Assembly: GCA_000004985.1 (NCBI GenBank)
Contig: GG738847.1
DNA from: Naegleria gruberi
Taxonomy: Eukaryota
DNA length: 64,000 nucleotides
Strand: one strand, 5' to 3'
How positions within the stretch are numbered: the stretch's first letter is position 1; the number at the start of each line of letters is the position of its first letter. The notes under the pieces were generated by a model that searched no databases, was not told the origin of the DNA, and saw only the letters and a program-made list of their open reading frames with translations. Both the position numbers and the translations under genes were made by a program. Shown here one piece after another: positions 45,237 through 56,091 of the stretch.

Positions 45237-48218
45237 ATGGCTGATGATGAACAAGATGAAGAGGAGGGAGCACTCTCTCCACCACAAATCATTACCAAAT
45301 CACCGACTCCTTCTTCATCTTCTCCAAATTTCAAACTGAATCTTGCTAATATCAAATCTTACCAACAACAACAAAACAATTCAATCAATGATGCTTCATT
45401 ATCAACAACATCTAATAAGATGTCTTCTATTCAGCATATTATGATTAAAACACCGAGAGGAAGAAGTGTTTCGGAGGCTGTTCTTCCAAACTCTGCAAGA
45501 GTCAGTAGTAGTAACAATTCATTGGAATCCGAGTCAGAGTTTTATCAAGTACCAGCAGTCAATTCTTCTGGTCGATTCACATCAAGAACAAGTCGAATGA
45601 ATAATAATTCGAGTACTAGGAGAACTAATCAATCATCACCATATTACATTCCTCCTTCTTCTTCTACTCAATCACCTCGTTCAATTCTCTCCAATTATAA
45701 TAATAATAATAACAATTCATCATCAACACCAAGAACCCGATCACCAGCCAATCAATCACCTCGATCAGCTCTCACACCCAGACAAGTTACCTTCTTTGAT
45801 GAGTCACCTAACCAGTTGCCTCATTCAGCCAATGCCATACTCTTTAATCAGCAGCAGCAAATGAGTCCCGATTACATTTTCCAATTAGCAGCAGCAACAA
45901 ATTCAAATAATAATGCTATTGGCAGTAGTGGCAATAATAGTCGATCTCAATCACCAGCAACAACAAACAAATTGGCGCCAAAACATTTACAAGGCAACTT
46001 GAAAATTCCTCACGAAAAATATATCACAACACCATCACCCAATGGTGGAAATGGATCAAAATCACCTTTGGCACCATCGGTTTACGAGTCGATTTTTGGA
46101 GTGCCTCATTCAAAGCAATCACTCATGTTTAGGCACAGTTATGGAAATGAATTTGAGGCGAGAGGAGAGGAAGAGGTTGTTGAGGATTTGAGTTTCAATC
46201 ACAAAAGTCCAAATTATAGTAATAATCAATCGAATAGGACTGCCTCTCCGCAATTAACACCAAGAAGATTGGCACAACAAATGACATCTTCTATTAAGGC
46301 ACGTCTTTCGCCGAGAAATAAGGCAGAGAAGGAGGGATTTTCTGGACTAGTTGATGAAAGTAGTTCATTGGAAATGAACCAAAATGTTTTCTCAAATGAT
46401 ATTGGAATAATTATGCATTCTCATGATGATCATCTAAATGATCTTAAAAGTGATGATGAGAGCTCTGTGAGACATGTCGTTCAGGATATTGACATGCACG
46501 AGGTTATTGCGACTGCTATGGATGGAATGAAATCACACCACGTTCAAACCATTTCAGCAGATAGTATCAATAGGGAGGGATCAACTCTTTCAGTGAGTCC
46601 AAATTATTTGATACCAAACATGGATTCAACAGAGTCAAGTTGCCAATCCCCTCCAACAACTTCACAATTAGTCATGGCTGCTAGTGTAACAAATATTAAC
46701 AAGCCACCCATGCATACCTATTCCACTTCTGATTTGACAACCATCAGTCCAGGTATGATGAAAGGGAGAGCCAGTGTTGGAACAGATGCTGAGGGAAAAT
46801 CAGTTGTTTCAAATCACAAGAAGAAGCAATTATTCAAAGTTAAAACTTGTTGTGGTACCATTGAGCTGTCTGTTTTCAAGCTTTTTGCACTTGCTGCACT
46901 CTTTGTAAACACTTTGGCCTTTGTGTGGCTTGCTGTATTGCTTTCCTTAATTTATGTCAATCAAATTGACCAGTACACCCTCGAGACAACTCCAAGTTTA
47001 AAAGCCACACAAAGTATACAATACACCAGAGCAATGATGTCCTATCTCACTAAAGTAACTGCATATTCATCGACTTGTGCTCCACTACTTTTACAATATG
47101 AAAACTTTACTTATTACAACGAAACTATGTACATTAACAGGTTTGAAGCTGACTATTTGGCATTAATGAGCGATCTTAATGCCTCCAAAGCTGTTCTATC
47201 TCAAGAAATTGTAAATAATTTGGAAAATTCTTCCTTTATGGGAAAAGATTTAGAGGCATACCAATTATTGAAAAATGGTCAACCTTTGGAAGCTCTCAAA
47301 TTATTGGAAAGTAATGAATATGTAAAACAGTACAAGATGGAAAAAGATACTGTAGTAGACCCTATTTCTAGCTATTTTGAAGCTCTAGGATTGAAGAAAA
47401 CATATGAAATGTCATTTTTATCATTGATGGGTCTGATTGTGGTTGCCTGTGTATTTGCATTTGTGGTTCCTCTATTTATTTTCATTTTGGTTTGTGCTTT
47501 CAATAGAGATAGCTTACATTTGGAAAGATTGAATAGAGCCAATGCAGTTATGCTCATGGATACTATGAACAATGAAATACTCAGAGACCTTTTCAAAAAG
47601 CATTGCGAGATCGAGTATGCCTCAGAGAATTTCTCAATTTTGGAAAAGATCAATGAATACAAACAATTATGTGAAAAGAGTTTTGAAATTCAAGTGGCAC
47701 TATTTGATATTGAAAATAATGGACCAAACGAATTGGATGTTTCCTCACCTGTAAAGAGAAGGCCAGGAACTGTTGAAATCGAATTTCCTAGCTCACCTAT
47801 TTCTCCAATGAGAAGAAAGCAATCTTCTGCTGATAATAGAGATTCAAAGAGAATGAAACTATTTAAACGACAATACTCTGAAAAGGATTTAGAACGTATT
47901 GAACAAGAAAAGTATGAAATTGCATTCGAAATATTCACTGACTATCTTGATGTGAATGGAGAAAGGTCTATAAATATTAACAAAACCCTTTCAGATAAGG
48001 TAAAAGAACAAATGGATGGCTATGCCAAGGGTATGATTGACTTTTTGTCAGACAATTTGTTTGACATTGTAGAATTAGAAGTTTGTGTAGTATTGCTAGA
48101 TACTCACTATCGTTTTAAGGAGAGTTTGAGTTTCCAAAAACAAATGAAGATTGACAAGATCAATAAGGCCAAACTGGTACGAAAACATCGTACAAGAAGT
48201 TCAAGATATTTTCAATAA
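45237..48218 (+). CDS. Membrane protein with Ser/Asn-rich N-terminus, TM segments and C-terminal RGS domain
   Basis: TM-like LSVFKLFALAALFVNTLAFVWLAVLLSLIYV and SFLSLMGLIVVACVFAFVVPLFIFILVCAF. RGS block LRDLFKKHCEIEYASENFSILEKINEYKQL...EIAFEIFTDYLDVNGERSININ. A possible 5' exon or uORF lies at 44870..45064. Confidence 0.6.
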   Translation: MADDEQDEEEGALSPPQIITKSPTPSSSSPNFKLNLANIKSYQQQQNNSINDASLSTTSNKMSSIQHIMIKTPRGRSVSEAVLPNSARVSSSNNSLESESEFYQVPAVNSSGRFTSRTSRMNNNSSTRRTNQSSPYYIPPSSSTQSPRSILSNYNNNNNNSSSTPRTRSPANQSPRSALTPRQVTFFDESPNQLPHSANAILFNQQQQMSPDYIFQLAAATNSNNNAIGSSGNNSRSQSPATTNKLAPKHLQGNLKIPHEKYITTPSPNGGNGSKSPLAPSVYESIFGVPHSKQSLMFRHSYGNEFEARGEEEVVEDLSFNHKSPNYSNNQSNRTASPQLTPRRLAQQMTSSIKARLSPRNKAEKEGFSGLVDESSSLEMNQNVFSNDIGIIMHSHDDHLNDLKSDDESSVRHVVQDIDMHEVIATAMDGMKSHHVQTISADSINREGSTLSVSPNYLIPNMDSTESSCQSPPTTSQLVMAASVTNINKPPMHTYSTSDLTTISPGMMKGRASVGTDAEGKSVVSNHKKKQLFKVKTCCGTIELSVFKLFALAALFVNTLAFVWLAVLLSLIYVNQIDQYTLETTPSLKATQSIQYTRAMMSYLTKVTAYSSTCAPLLLQYENFTYYNETMYINRFEADYLALMSDLNASKAVLSQEIVNNLENSSFMGKDLEAYQLLKNGQPLEALKLLESNEYVKQYKMEKDTVVDPISSYFEALGLKKTYEMSFLSLMGLIVVACVFAFVVPLFIFILVCAFNRDSLHLERLNRANAVMLMDTMNNEILRDLFKKHCEIEYASENFSILEKINEYKQLCEKSFEIQVALFDIENNGPNELDVSSPVKRRPGTVEIEFPSSPISPMRRKQSSADNRDSKRMKLFKRQYSEKDLERIEQEKYEIAFEIFTDYLDVNGERSININKTLSDKVKEQMDGYAKGMIDFLSDNLFDIVELEVCVVLLDTHYRFKESLSFQKQMKIDKINKAKLVRKHRTRSSRYFQ

Positions 48219-48244
48219 TTTCCAAAAAAGAAATTAATAATAAA

Positions 48245-48858
48245 TTAGTAAGTGCTATATTCAGGAGGTTGAGAATTTTTCTTATTCTTTGGTGAAGACA
48301 TTTCTCTTCTCAAACCAGTCAGAATTTGAGCAATATCATAATTGCTATTCCATTGAGATCCAAGCAGTGGGAATTCATTGAGAAGAATTTCACCACGCAA
48401 ACCAACACAACTCATATTAACTTTGCTGACAAAACGAACAGTTGGTGCAATTTCAGGATAGCGATCTCCACAAACAATATTAACAGTGAAAATTCTACCT
48501 TCAAATGCAGTCTACAATTCCAATATTATTTTGATTAGCCTACAAATCAATATAATTATTATTATACATACACCTGATGGTCCAATAATAGTTCCGTCCC
48601 AATTTGTGAGAGTAATATCATCACCATTTTGAAGCCCGTAACTAACAGTACCATCACCGATACCCTTTTCACCCTTTTCTAATTCTTCCAAAAGACGGAA
48701 ACTTCTTGGTACTATATTCCGTTATTATTTATCATCACCAAATAGTCATATAAAAATTTTCCAATATCAAATTAATATTGATCCATCAAAATGATCAAAA
48801 GTTTTCGGCCGATTAAAAAACAAATTCCTTCATCCATTACTACCATACCTTTGGACAT
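48245..48858 (-). CDS. Ubiquitin-conjugating enzyme E2 variant (UEV/Mms2) (exons 48849..48858, 48572..48711, 48245..48511)
   Basis: Spliced product [83 protein letters not shown]... is colinear with UBE2V/Mms2. A 10-nt first coding exon ATGTCCAAAG is followed by a GTATGG donor. Introns of 137 and 60 nt in phase. The + strand ORF 48326..48538 is antisense noise. Confidence 0.8.
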
Positions 48859-49099
48859 TTTTGTATTTTTTTATTATTTAAAAATTTATTTTTAGAAGTT
48901 CAACTCCCAACACAAAAACCTTAAAATTCCTCCTAACTAATTCCATGAAGAGAAACTACATTTCTGGCAGATGAATATTATTGAAATTAACATTATCACA
49001 CAAATACAAGAAGTTTTTCAGAATGCTGTTGTTTCAATTAAAACAAGTTCATAGCGCAGTTGACAAGAATCTTGTAATGAATTTCAATTTTAAAAAAAA

Positions 49100-50950
49100 A
49101 TGGGCAATGATAAGAGTAAGGGCTTTTTGAACTCTGCCAATTCGGCAGACAAGGATGAACTTGATAAAACCATAGAAAAATTGAAGGGTATTGAAGTATC
49201 TTCGATGAAATTCTATCCGATCAAGTTGAATGGCAAGGAGAAGAATCAAAACTTGTTATTTCCAAAGGAGGTTATTATGGAGATGGCAATTAATTATTTG
49301 GAAATTAGGGATATGCATAAATTGGCAATGACTTGTAAATTATTGTATAATTGGTTATTTTCTGATGCAAATGAATTTTGGAGAAGAGTTGGAGAGAGGG
49401 ATGGATTTTCTGATAAAAGTGGAGAAGAAATTCAGAAAATCTATGCTAATTTATGGAAGCAATGTTTTGATTTTGAGAATCATCAGTATTTTGAAAATTG
49501 CCTTCAATCTAAGATGTATACCTACTCGAATAGCCATTCTTACAATTATGAGAATTTTATGAAATTTTTGGATGGAATTAATAGAGATATTAATCAAATG
49601 ATTTATGTTTTGAGAAATCCAAAGAGAAATATCATTTTGAGGGCTTATATTGCTGTTTATGGATTGTGGGATCACACAAAGGGAGAAGAGTTGGATGAAA
49701 AACTTGAGAAAATCTTCAGAACACTGTGTTTCACTGAAGATGGAACTGAATTAGAGGCAATTATTGATTGGCAAAGTACCAAAGTTTGCAATTTACTCTC
49801 TATTACAATGGATATGAACCTTCAAAGGTTAAATAGTGATCAGGTAAAGGAAAGAATTGAAGATTTATTTCTACAAACAGCAGCATTTAGAGTTGACTGT
49901 TCTGGATTCACAAAATATTATAGGTTTGCAGAGGGACAATTATCTGAAAGGGCTAACAAACTTCTCTCTAACAGATATCAAACTAGGGAAAGCAATCCAA
50001 AATGGTGTGAATATTATGATTTGCTTTTGAGGGTTCTGACAACACCAGAGATACGTAAGACAATCCATAGCATTTATAGCTTAGAATCCATCATGCAGTA
50101 TTTCCAATCATTTAAAAGGGAGGAATCGATTGATATTATTATAGATCTTTTAAGGAGTAATGAGTTATTTAAGGAAGAACAAACAATTGGATATATAACC
50201 TGTAAGAGTTTAGCTTGGGATCATCCGAGAATATTTGAAGAGTTGATGAATGAAAGATACTATTCGAATGAGTGTTCATATATCTATGCAAATCTGATCG
50301 GAAGATATATATACACCAATAGTCAGGAGGTTAATGTGGATGTCAGGAAAAGAGCATTGAACCACATTTCATTTATATGTAAGAATAAGAAGCATATTAA
50401 TGAGATTGCAGATACATTCATCTATTATCTACCATGGAAGAAATTGAAAGAATTTACTAATTTCCAATGGACAGAATTTAAAGAGGAAGCATTGAAAGAG
50501 TTAAAGGAATGTACATATTATATGTGGACCTACACGCAAAAAGTTTCATTCCTTCCAATCCTTACAGATTTTTATGCTGAAGAACAAGATAGAACAATCA
50601 ATCAACTATTGAGCTTAAAGCCCCTTTCAGGTAGAGACACAAGCCACTACATTGTTGAGGAGGCATTCAGAATCTTGAAAAATTATGCTGAGAGAATTCA
50701 ACTACAAGACTACGATTCATATTTCCCTCGGTTGATTGAGTACCTGAAGGCTTATATTCTAAACCCTGATTGCCACAATAATGATTGTACTATTAAGGAA
50801 ATAGTTAAAGCTGCTGAATGGATTCAACCAAAGTATTCTATTGAGAAACTGTATGGAACCATGAAAAAGGCATCAGAAACCAGTTCATTTATTCAATACT
50901 ATGTAAAAGATGGTCTTCCAAGTATTGAATTAATCATGAACAAACAATAA
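49100..50950 (+). CDS. F-box domain protein (616 aa) with MGxxxS N-terminus
   Basis: F-box-like FPKEVIMEMAINYLEIRDMHKLAMTCKLLYNWL. N-terminal MGNDKSK myristoylation-type consensus. Confidence 0.55.
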   Translation: MGNDKSKGFLNSANSADKDELDKTIEKLKGIEVSSMKFYPIKLNGKEKNQNLLFPKEVIMEMAINYLEIRDMHKLAMTCKLLYNWLFSDANEFWRRVGERDGFSDKSGEEIQKIYANLWKQCFDFENHQYFENCLQSKMYTYSNSHSYNYENFMKFLDGINRDINQMIYVLRNPKRNIILRAYIAVYGLWDHTKGEELDEKLEKIFRTLCFTEDGTELEAIIDWQSTKVCNLLSITMDMNLQRLNSDQVKERIEDLFLQTAAFRVDCSGFTKYYRFAEGQLSERANKLLSNRYQTRESNPKWCEYYDLLLRVLTTPEIRKTIHSIYSLESIMQYFQSFKREESIDIIIDLLRSNELFKEEQTIGYITCKSLAWDHPRIFEELMNERYYSNECSYIYANLIGRYIYTNSQEVNVDVRKRALNHISFICKNKKHINEIADTFIYYLPWKKLKEFTNFQWTEFKEEALKELKECTYYMWTYTQKVSFLPILTDFYAEEQDRTINQLLSLKPLSGRDTSHYIVEEAFRILKNYAERIQLQDYDSYFPRLIEYLKAYILNPDCHNNDCTIKEIVKAAEWIQPKYSIEKLYGTMKKASETSSFIQYYVKDGLPSIELIMNKQ

Positions 50951-51892
50951 CTTTAATATTAGATAATTCCAAAATGATGACCTTAACAAAAAAAATGAAA
51001 CATTCACTCTCTGACTCGTATTGTGAGGCAAACAAGAAGAATAAATCTGTTCCTTCGTTGGACAAGTGTAAAGGATTTGATTCAACGATGACTAGAGATT
51101 TATTGAAAGAATTTGTTCATTCATCTCTTTAGATGCTGGCTCTTCTTTAACAAGCGTTGAGATTGATTATGGTCCATCCAAGCAAGAAACTGATTGGTCT
51201 TGATGAACATTTCACCTTAACAAAATTTTGACAATATCTTCTTTATAGTGGAATTCGTGTAATGTTCCAAATCAGAAAGAACAATTATAATTCAAAACTG
51301 GCATCCATTGGATGAGTATGTCATTACTATTGTGATTGGCATGACTAAGTCCAAATGGTGTGAACTACTGTGTTCTTGGAATTTTCTATTAAGGAGAGTT
51401 CTTAAATTGAGTCTGCGAGTAAATTCTTCAATTGAGGGAAATCACCAAATCTATTCTTGATTCCAGTGAGGGTTTGACATTAATTTTGGACAATTGTGTA
51501 AATAAACTAATCTCTTTGGCACGTAGTTGAAGTTTAAGTATTGGGAAATATTTCAATGATTCATTGAATTTTGCCATCTTGTTTTCAATACTATAATACT
51601 ATAATACTATGAATCTCTTCCAAGTCATGAACAAGCAATAAATTCATCCTTTTTCAAATTGACAAGAATCCAATCTTATCTTGCTTTTGGCTACTCAGTG
51701 AAATTGAAGTTACCTTCCTTGTGCTATCCCGATTTCTAACCACAAAATTAAATTTTAATTAATTAATTGCAAATTCAATGTTCCGAAACATGATGACCAT
51801 GCTATCAATCGGAGATGACTTCATAAAATTCTAAGAATGGCTCCTTTCAATAAAGATCGCAAATAATTAAATTAATATTTAAAAAATTCAAG

Positions 51893-52099
51893 ATGAGATT
51901 CACTGGCTTGTATCGTACCACCAATTATTTGCGCAATAATGCTCTCGGCAAGGTTGCCTCTCCTTCTTCAACAAGTTCTACTACATCAACAACAACATCA
52001 ACTGTTAAAACCGCTGCTAAGAAATCAGATGGTGTGATTAGAGGAAGTGCCGTTGCTGTTATTGGTGGTGCTGCTATTTTTGGTTCAGCATACTATTAG
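51893..52099 (+). CDS. Small protein (68 aa): basic N-terminus, Ser/Thr-rich middle, hydrophobic Gly-rich C-terminus (mitochondrial membrane peptide-like)
   Basis: Real ATG at 51893. MRFTGLYRTTNYLRNN...GSAVAVIGGAAIFGSAYY*. No family assignment. Confidence 0.3.
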   Translation: MRFTGLYRTTNYLRNNALGKVASPSSTSSTTSTTTSTVKTAAKKSDGVIRGSAVAVIGGAAIFGSAYY

Positions 52100-52242
52100 T
52101 ATGTTTTGTGAATATTATTTAGAGAATTTTAATCATCATAATATTTAATAATTACTTATTATTTAATAATTATATTGTTATCATTTAAATTTTCGGATTT
52201 TATTTGGATAATAATTATCGGATTTATAGTTTGAGAGATCTT

Positions 52243-52611
52243 ATGGAAAGTGAAACAAATCAATTAATTGAAAAGACTAAAAGTATTGAATCATTAAAGA
52301 CTAAACGTCAACTTTTGGAAGAAGAAAAGAGAGAAATAGAAAAGGAACACGAAAAATTATTAAAGAAGAGAGAATTGGCCAATCAATTGCCAGAAGAAAA
52401 GGATCAAGCCTCCCACAAACTTCTCCTCCTTAAATTCTATCGTAATTGGAATTCGATCTTTTATGGTGTTAGCTCTGAAATAGATAGTCAAAATCAAAAG
52501 AAACAACAAGAACGTATGAGTGTTATGAGAAGCAGAGTTGAGGAAGAAGTGCAATCCAAATTTAGTTTGAAGGATGGTCAATATAAGATTAAGACTATTC
52601 AAGAAGAGTAA
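52243..52611 (+). CDS. Small coiled-coil protein (about 122 aa), hypothetical
   Basis: First ATG (MESETNQLIEK...) lies within track ORF 52204..52611. Glu/Lys-rich heptad-like sequence. Confidence 0.25.
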   Translation: MESETNQLIEKTKSIESLKTKRQLLEEEKREIEKEHEKLLKKRELANQLPEEKDQASHKLLLLKFYRNWNSIFYGVSSEIDSQNQKKQQERMSVMRSRVEEEVQSKFSLKDGQYKIKTIQEE

Positions 52612-52754
52612 ATCTTGCCAATTTTAAAAACCTTGTAACAAAATGGATTTAATATAATGATATTATTTAAATATTATGACTTTTTTCAATATGTCTCTTT
52701 ATCTCTTAATTAGTGATATCTTTTGGCGCCCAAACAAATTTCAAACCGTAAAAA

Positions 52755-53501
52755 ATGTCTGAAAGTGAGACCATTGATATAAACGAGATTAGGAGGAAGA
52801 GGAAGGATCTCATCAAGGGCCTTCCAAAGCCATCATTTATACGATTAAAAGTAATTAGTATGGGAGAGTCGGAAGTTGGAAAAAGTTGTTTAATTAAAAG
52901 ATATTGCGAGGAAAGAGTATGTTTGTGTGTTCATCTTCATTGAAACAATATTGATGAAATTAAATAGTTTGTACCTAAATATACAGGAACGATTGGGGTA
53001 GATTTCGGAGTCAAAAGAGTAATGATAGATGGAAGAGAGGTACGAGTAAACTTTTGGGATTTGAGTGGACAGCCCGAGTTCTTTGAAGTTAGGAATGAAT
53101 TTTATAAGGATACACAAGGAGTAAGTCAATATAATATTATTTTCGAATGTATTGACAATGATCATCATCACGGAATTGAGTAGGCAGTTTTAGTTTATGA
53201 TGTTTGTTCGAGAGCTAGTTTTGAGGCCCTTGATACGTGGCTGGCAGAATCATCAAAATATGGAGCTAAGGGTCTTTTCATTGCTGTTTGTGGTAATAAA
53301 TCAGACGATAAGAATAGAGCAGTAAGCGAGAAGGATGGAAGGGATTGGGCAGAAAAGAATGGACTGGTGTAAGTTTTCTTCAAACTATTTTGAATTAATG
53401 AACTGTTTAGATTTTTCGAAACGAGTGCACAGAATGGAACAAATGTTCAATTAATGTTTGATACATTATTCAGGGATATCATCACTCAAATGTATTCTTA
53501 A
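52755..53501 (+). CDS. Spg1/Tem1-like small GTPase (4 exons: 52755..52916, 52968..53120, 53184..53368, 53411..53501)
   Basis: G1 GESEVGKS. G3 WDLSGQPEF (compare Spg1 WDLGGQREF). G4 GNKSD. G5 ETSAQNG. Three introns (51, 63, 42 nt), GTATGT/GTAAGT..AG, phases 0,0,2. 35-aa N-terminal extension. Confidence 0.75.
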
Positions 53502-54015
53502 ATCTTGAGTGTTAGGTTGGTAGTTGTGTTCGATCCTCCTATTTGAACATGAAAGTTCAATTTGTAAATATTTAACCACACATCACCAATAAAATTCCGT
53601 TGTAAAAGTACAAATATATATTCAAATATGGTCATGGTCAATTGTTAAATGTGTAATGAGAACAATATACTATACAACAGAAATTGGTTATTCATCTCTC
53701 TCGGCGTATTATTAAGGCTCTTCGTTCACTTTATGGTGGTTCTCTCTTTAGAGGTGGTAACTGCTAGTACTGACCTATCAAAGAGGTGGTAGCATGACAT
53801 TAGAAATAGTGGCCAATCAAATGATCAAGTTGGTTGGTTTTGACCATCTTATTGTCGTCGTTCCCTTCTTCTCACCAAGAGGAATATTGGACAAGAAGAA
53901 GTGGCCACTCCTCCTCTCTACAATTATCCAAACTCAAAAGAAAGACTTCAACTGATTGAGTCTATCTTCCGATTGAACCTTTTAATTATCCATACTACAA
54001 ACAGAACGACAGCAA

Positions 54016-56091
54016 ATGACTCAATTCAAAGAAGAGAAAGAAATGTTGAATCATCATCAACATGAAGAAGAGGAGCAACTAGTTGAGAATCAAAACCCTT
54101 CGATACCAACAGCAAATAATTCAATTGAAGAAGAAGAACAAGAAACTCATCAAGCTAACACTGAACAAGATTCAAAACAACACAATCATCTGCACCCCAA
54201 TGATTCATATCCTCAACAACATCACGAACAACATCAGCACAACAACCAACATCATCATCAAGTTTATTACAATACAGCTTCCTCACTCTCGACAATATCT
54301 GAGAATAATAGCGAGGAAATTGATCATCCCTACTATGAACAGAATAATGTGGCAACTGATTTGAATCAAGTTTTGGATTGTTTTAATGAGAATGTTTTGC
54401 CAACACTGATTATAACTGAGAGACACATTCACGATGATTTGAAACATAGAGCCTCACTCGAAAAACCTGATCATGGTCATCACAAACATCATGGTCGTCA
54501 ACCTTCCACAGAACAATTAAAAAAGGAAATTGAAGAAATGGGATCTTCAAATAAGGAAAATCAACAAGAATTGAAATTGTCCAATAGGAGAAGATATGTA
54601 AATTTGATACTCTTCCTATTTGGTACCATGTTTTTCAAATTTTCATATGAAACTCTGTCAGGAGCAATTGGTTTAACAATTTTAACACGACTCGAAGGTC
54701 ATCCACTTGGAGCAACTACAATTTTGAGCTTGTTGACCATTACCTTTGGTTTATCTCAATCTGTTTCTTCATCGGCAGTTGAAGGTCTATTGAAGGTTAT
54801 TCGTGCCACTCGTTTGTACTGCATTTCACTGATATTCTTCTCTGCACTGATTATAACAATGATTGTTTTGGAGGCCACCACTGGAGGTACCCTCACCTCG
54901 CCAGGTTATTGGACTCCTTGGATTATTTTCCCAATCTATGTCTTTATTGGATTCAATGTTGGTATTATTGAGGTGGTGAGAAAGATTATTCCTGCCTCAA
55001 TTCTTGGTAATTCTGAATCTTCAACGTTGAAGAGATTGAATGCTGGAATTCACATTTCCTATGAAATTGCTGGAACTATTGGTGCTTTCCTTTCAAGTGT
55101 TTTCATTGAACAATTGGGAACTATCTATGCTCTCTTCCACATGCCGGTTTGCTTCTTTATTGGCTCGTTGTTCTTCTTTTTCATTACATTGAAGGATACT
55201 GAGAGAATTTTGGAAGAGGATACCGCTGATGAAGATGACATCTTTAAGGAAAATGTTCCAACAGAGAATCGTGTCCTCAACATTTTGAAAAAGATTGGCA
55301 AAGTTATTAAGGATTACTTCTACAGCATGTACATTGGAGCCAAAATTGTGCTCACCAACAGATATTACATTTGGTTGATTCCATGCTTTGTCATTCCACA
55401 AGTTCTCCATCGTTTGATTGAGAACATTTTCTTACCTGCCTTCTCCAAGATGATCTTAAAGAAGGGATCCTACTCTGGTATCATGCTCGGGGGTAGTAAT
55501 TTTGGTGAATTGGTTGGTGCTGGTTTACTATTAATCTTTGCCAAGAAGGTCAAACTTCCAACTATATGGATCATTTTGGATTCTCTCTTTTTGAATTTAA
55601 TGTGGATTTTCCCATTCCTCACTTTTGATGAGACAACCAATGAAAATTTAATATTTGCCATTTGCATTGTTCCAGCAATGGTTTTGATTTCTGGATCGTG
55701 GGCTGCTGGTGATATCAGTCAAATTGCCTACTTGCAATCAACCTTATCAGATGAACCAAACGAACAAACTGGAGTCAATGAGTTGGCTGCAGTGATGAGT
55801 TTCTTGTATTCCTGTTATATTGTATTGACTACTTTGGTGGCCTTTGGTCTTTCCCAAGCTGTTGATAGATTTAAGGAAAGTGGACGTCCAGAGTTTGGTT
55901 TCATGACCATTTGTATTGTAATGTCTGTAATTTCCTTTGCTATCTGTATCATTTATTTGACTGTGGCCAAATTCAAACCATCAGTTCATGATGATCACTT
56001 GGGAGAAGAGCTTGAAATGCAGCAAACTGCTACAACAACAAATAATGTTGAAAGAGAAAGTTCAATTGAGGAACAAACAGTAAATGTTTAA
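54016..56091 (+). CDS. Polytopic membrane transporter (about 12 TM, MFS-like) with His/Gln-rich N-terminal extension
   Basis: 691-aa ORF with a roughly 190-aa hydrophilic N-terminus followed by about 12 hydrophobic helices. No diagnostic motif recognised. Confidence 0.5.
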   Translation: MTQFKEEKEMLNHHQHEEEEQLVENQNPSIPTANNSIEEEEQETHQANTEQDSKQHNHLHPNDSYPQQHHEQHQHNNQHHHQVYYNTASSLSTISENNSEEIDHPYYEQNNVATDLNQVLDCFNENVLPTLIITERHIHDDLKHRASLEKPDHGHHKHHGRQPSTEQLKKEIEEMGSSNKENQQELKLSNRRRYVNLILFLFGTMFFKFSYETLSGAIGLTILTRLEGHPLGATTILSLLTITFGLSQSVSSSAVEGLLKVIRATRLYCISLIFFSALIITMIVLEATTGGTLTSPGYWTPWIIFPIYVFIGFNVGIIEVVRKIIPASILGNSESSTLKRLNAGIHISYEIAGTIGAFLSSVFIEQLGTIYALFHMPVCFFIGSLFFFFITLKDTERILEEDTADEDDIFKENVPTENRVLNILKKIGKVIKDYFYSMYIGAKIVLTNRYYIWLIPCFVIPQVLHRLIENIFLPAFSKMILKKGSYSGIMLGGSNFGELVGAGLLLIFAKKVKLPTIWIILDSLFLNLMWIFPFLTFDETTNENLIFAICIVPAMVLISGSWAAGDISQIAYLQSTLSDEPNEQTGVNELAAVMSFLYSCYIVLTTLVAFGLSQAVDRFKESGRPEFGFMTICIVMSVISFAICIIYLTVAKFKPSVHDDHLGEELEMQQTATTTNNVERESSIEEQTVNV

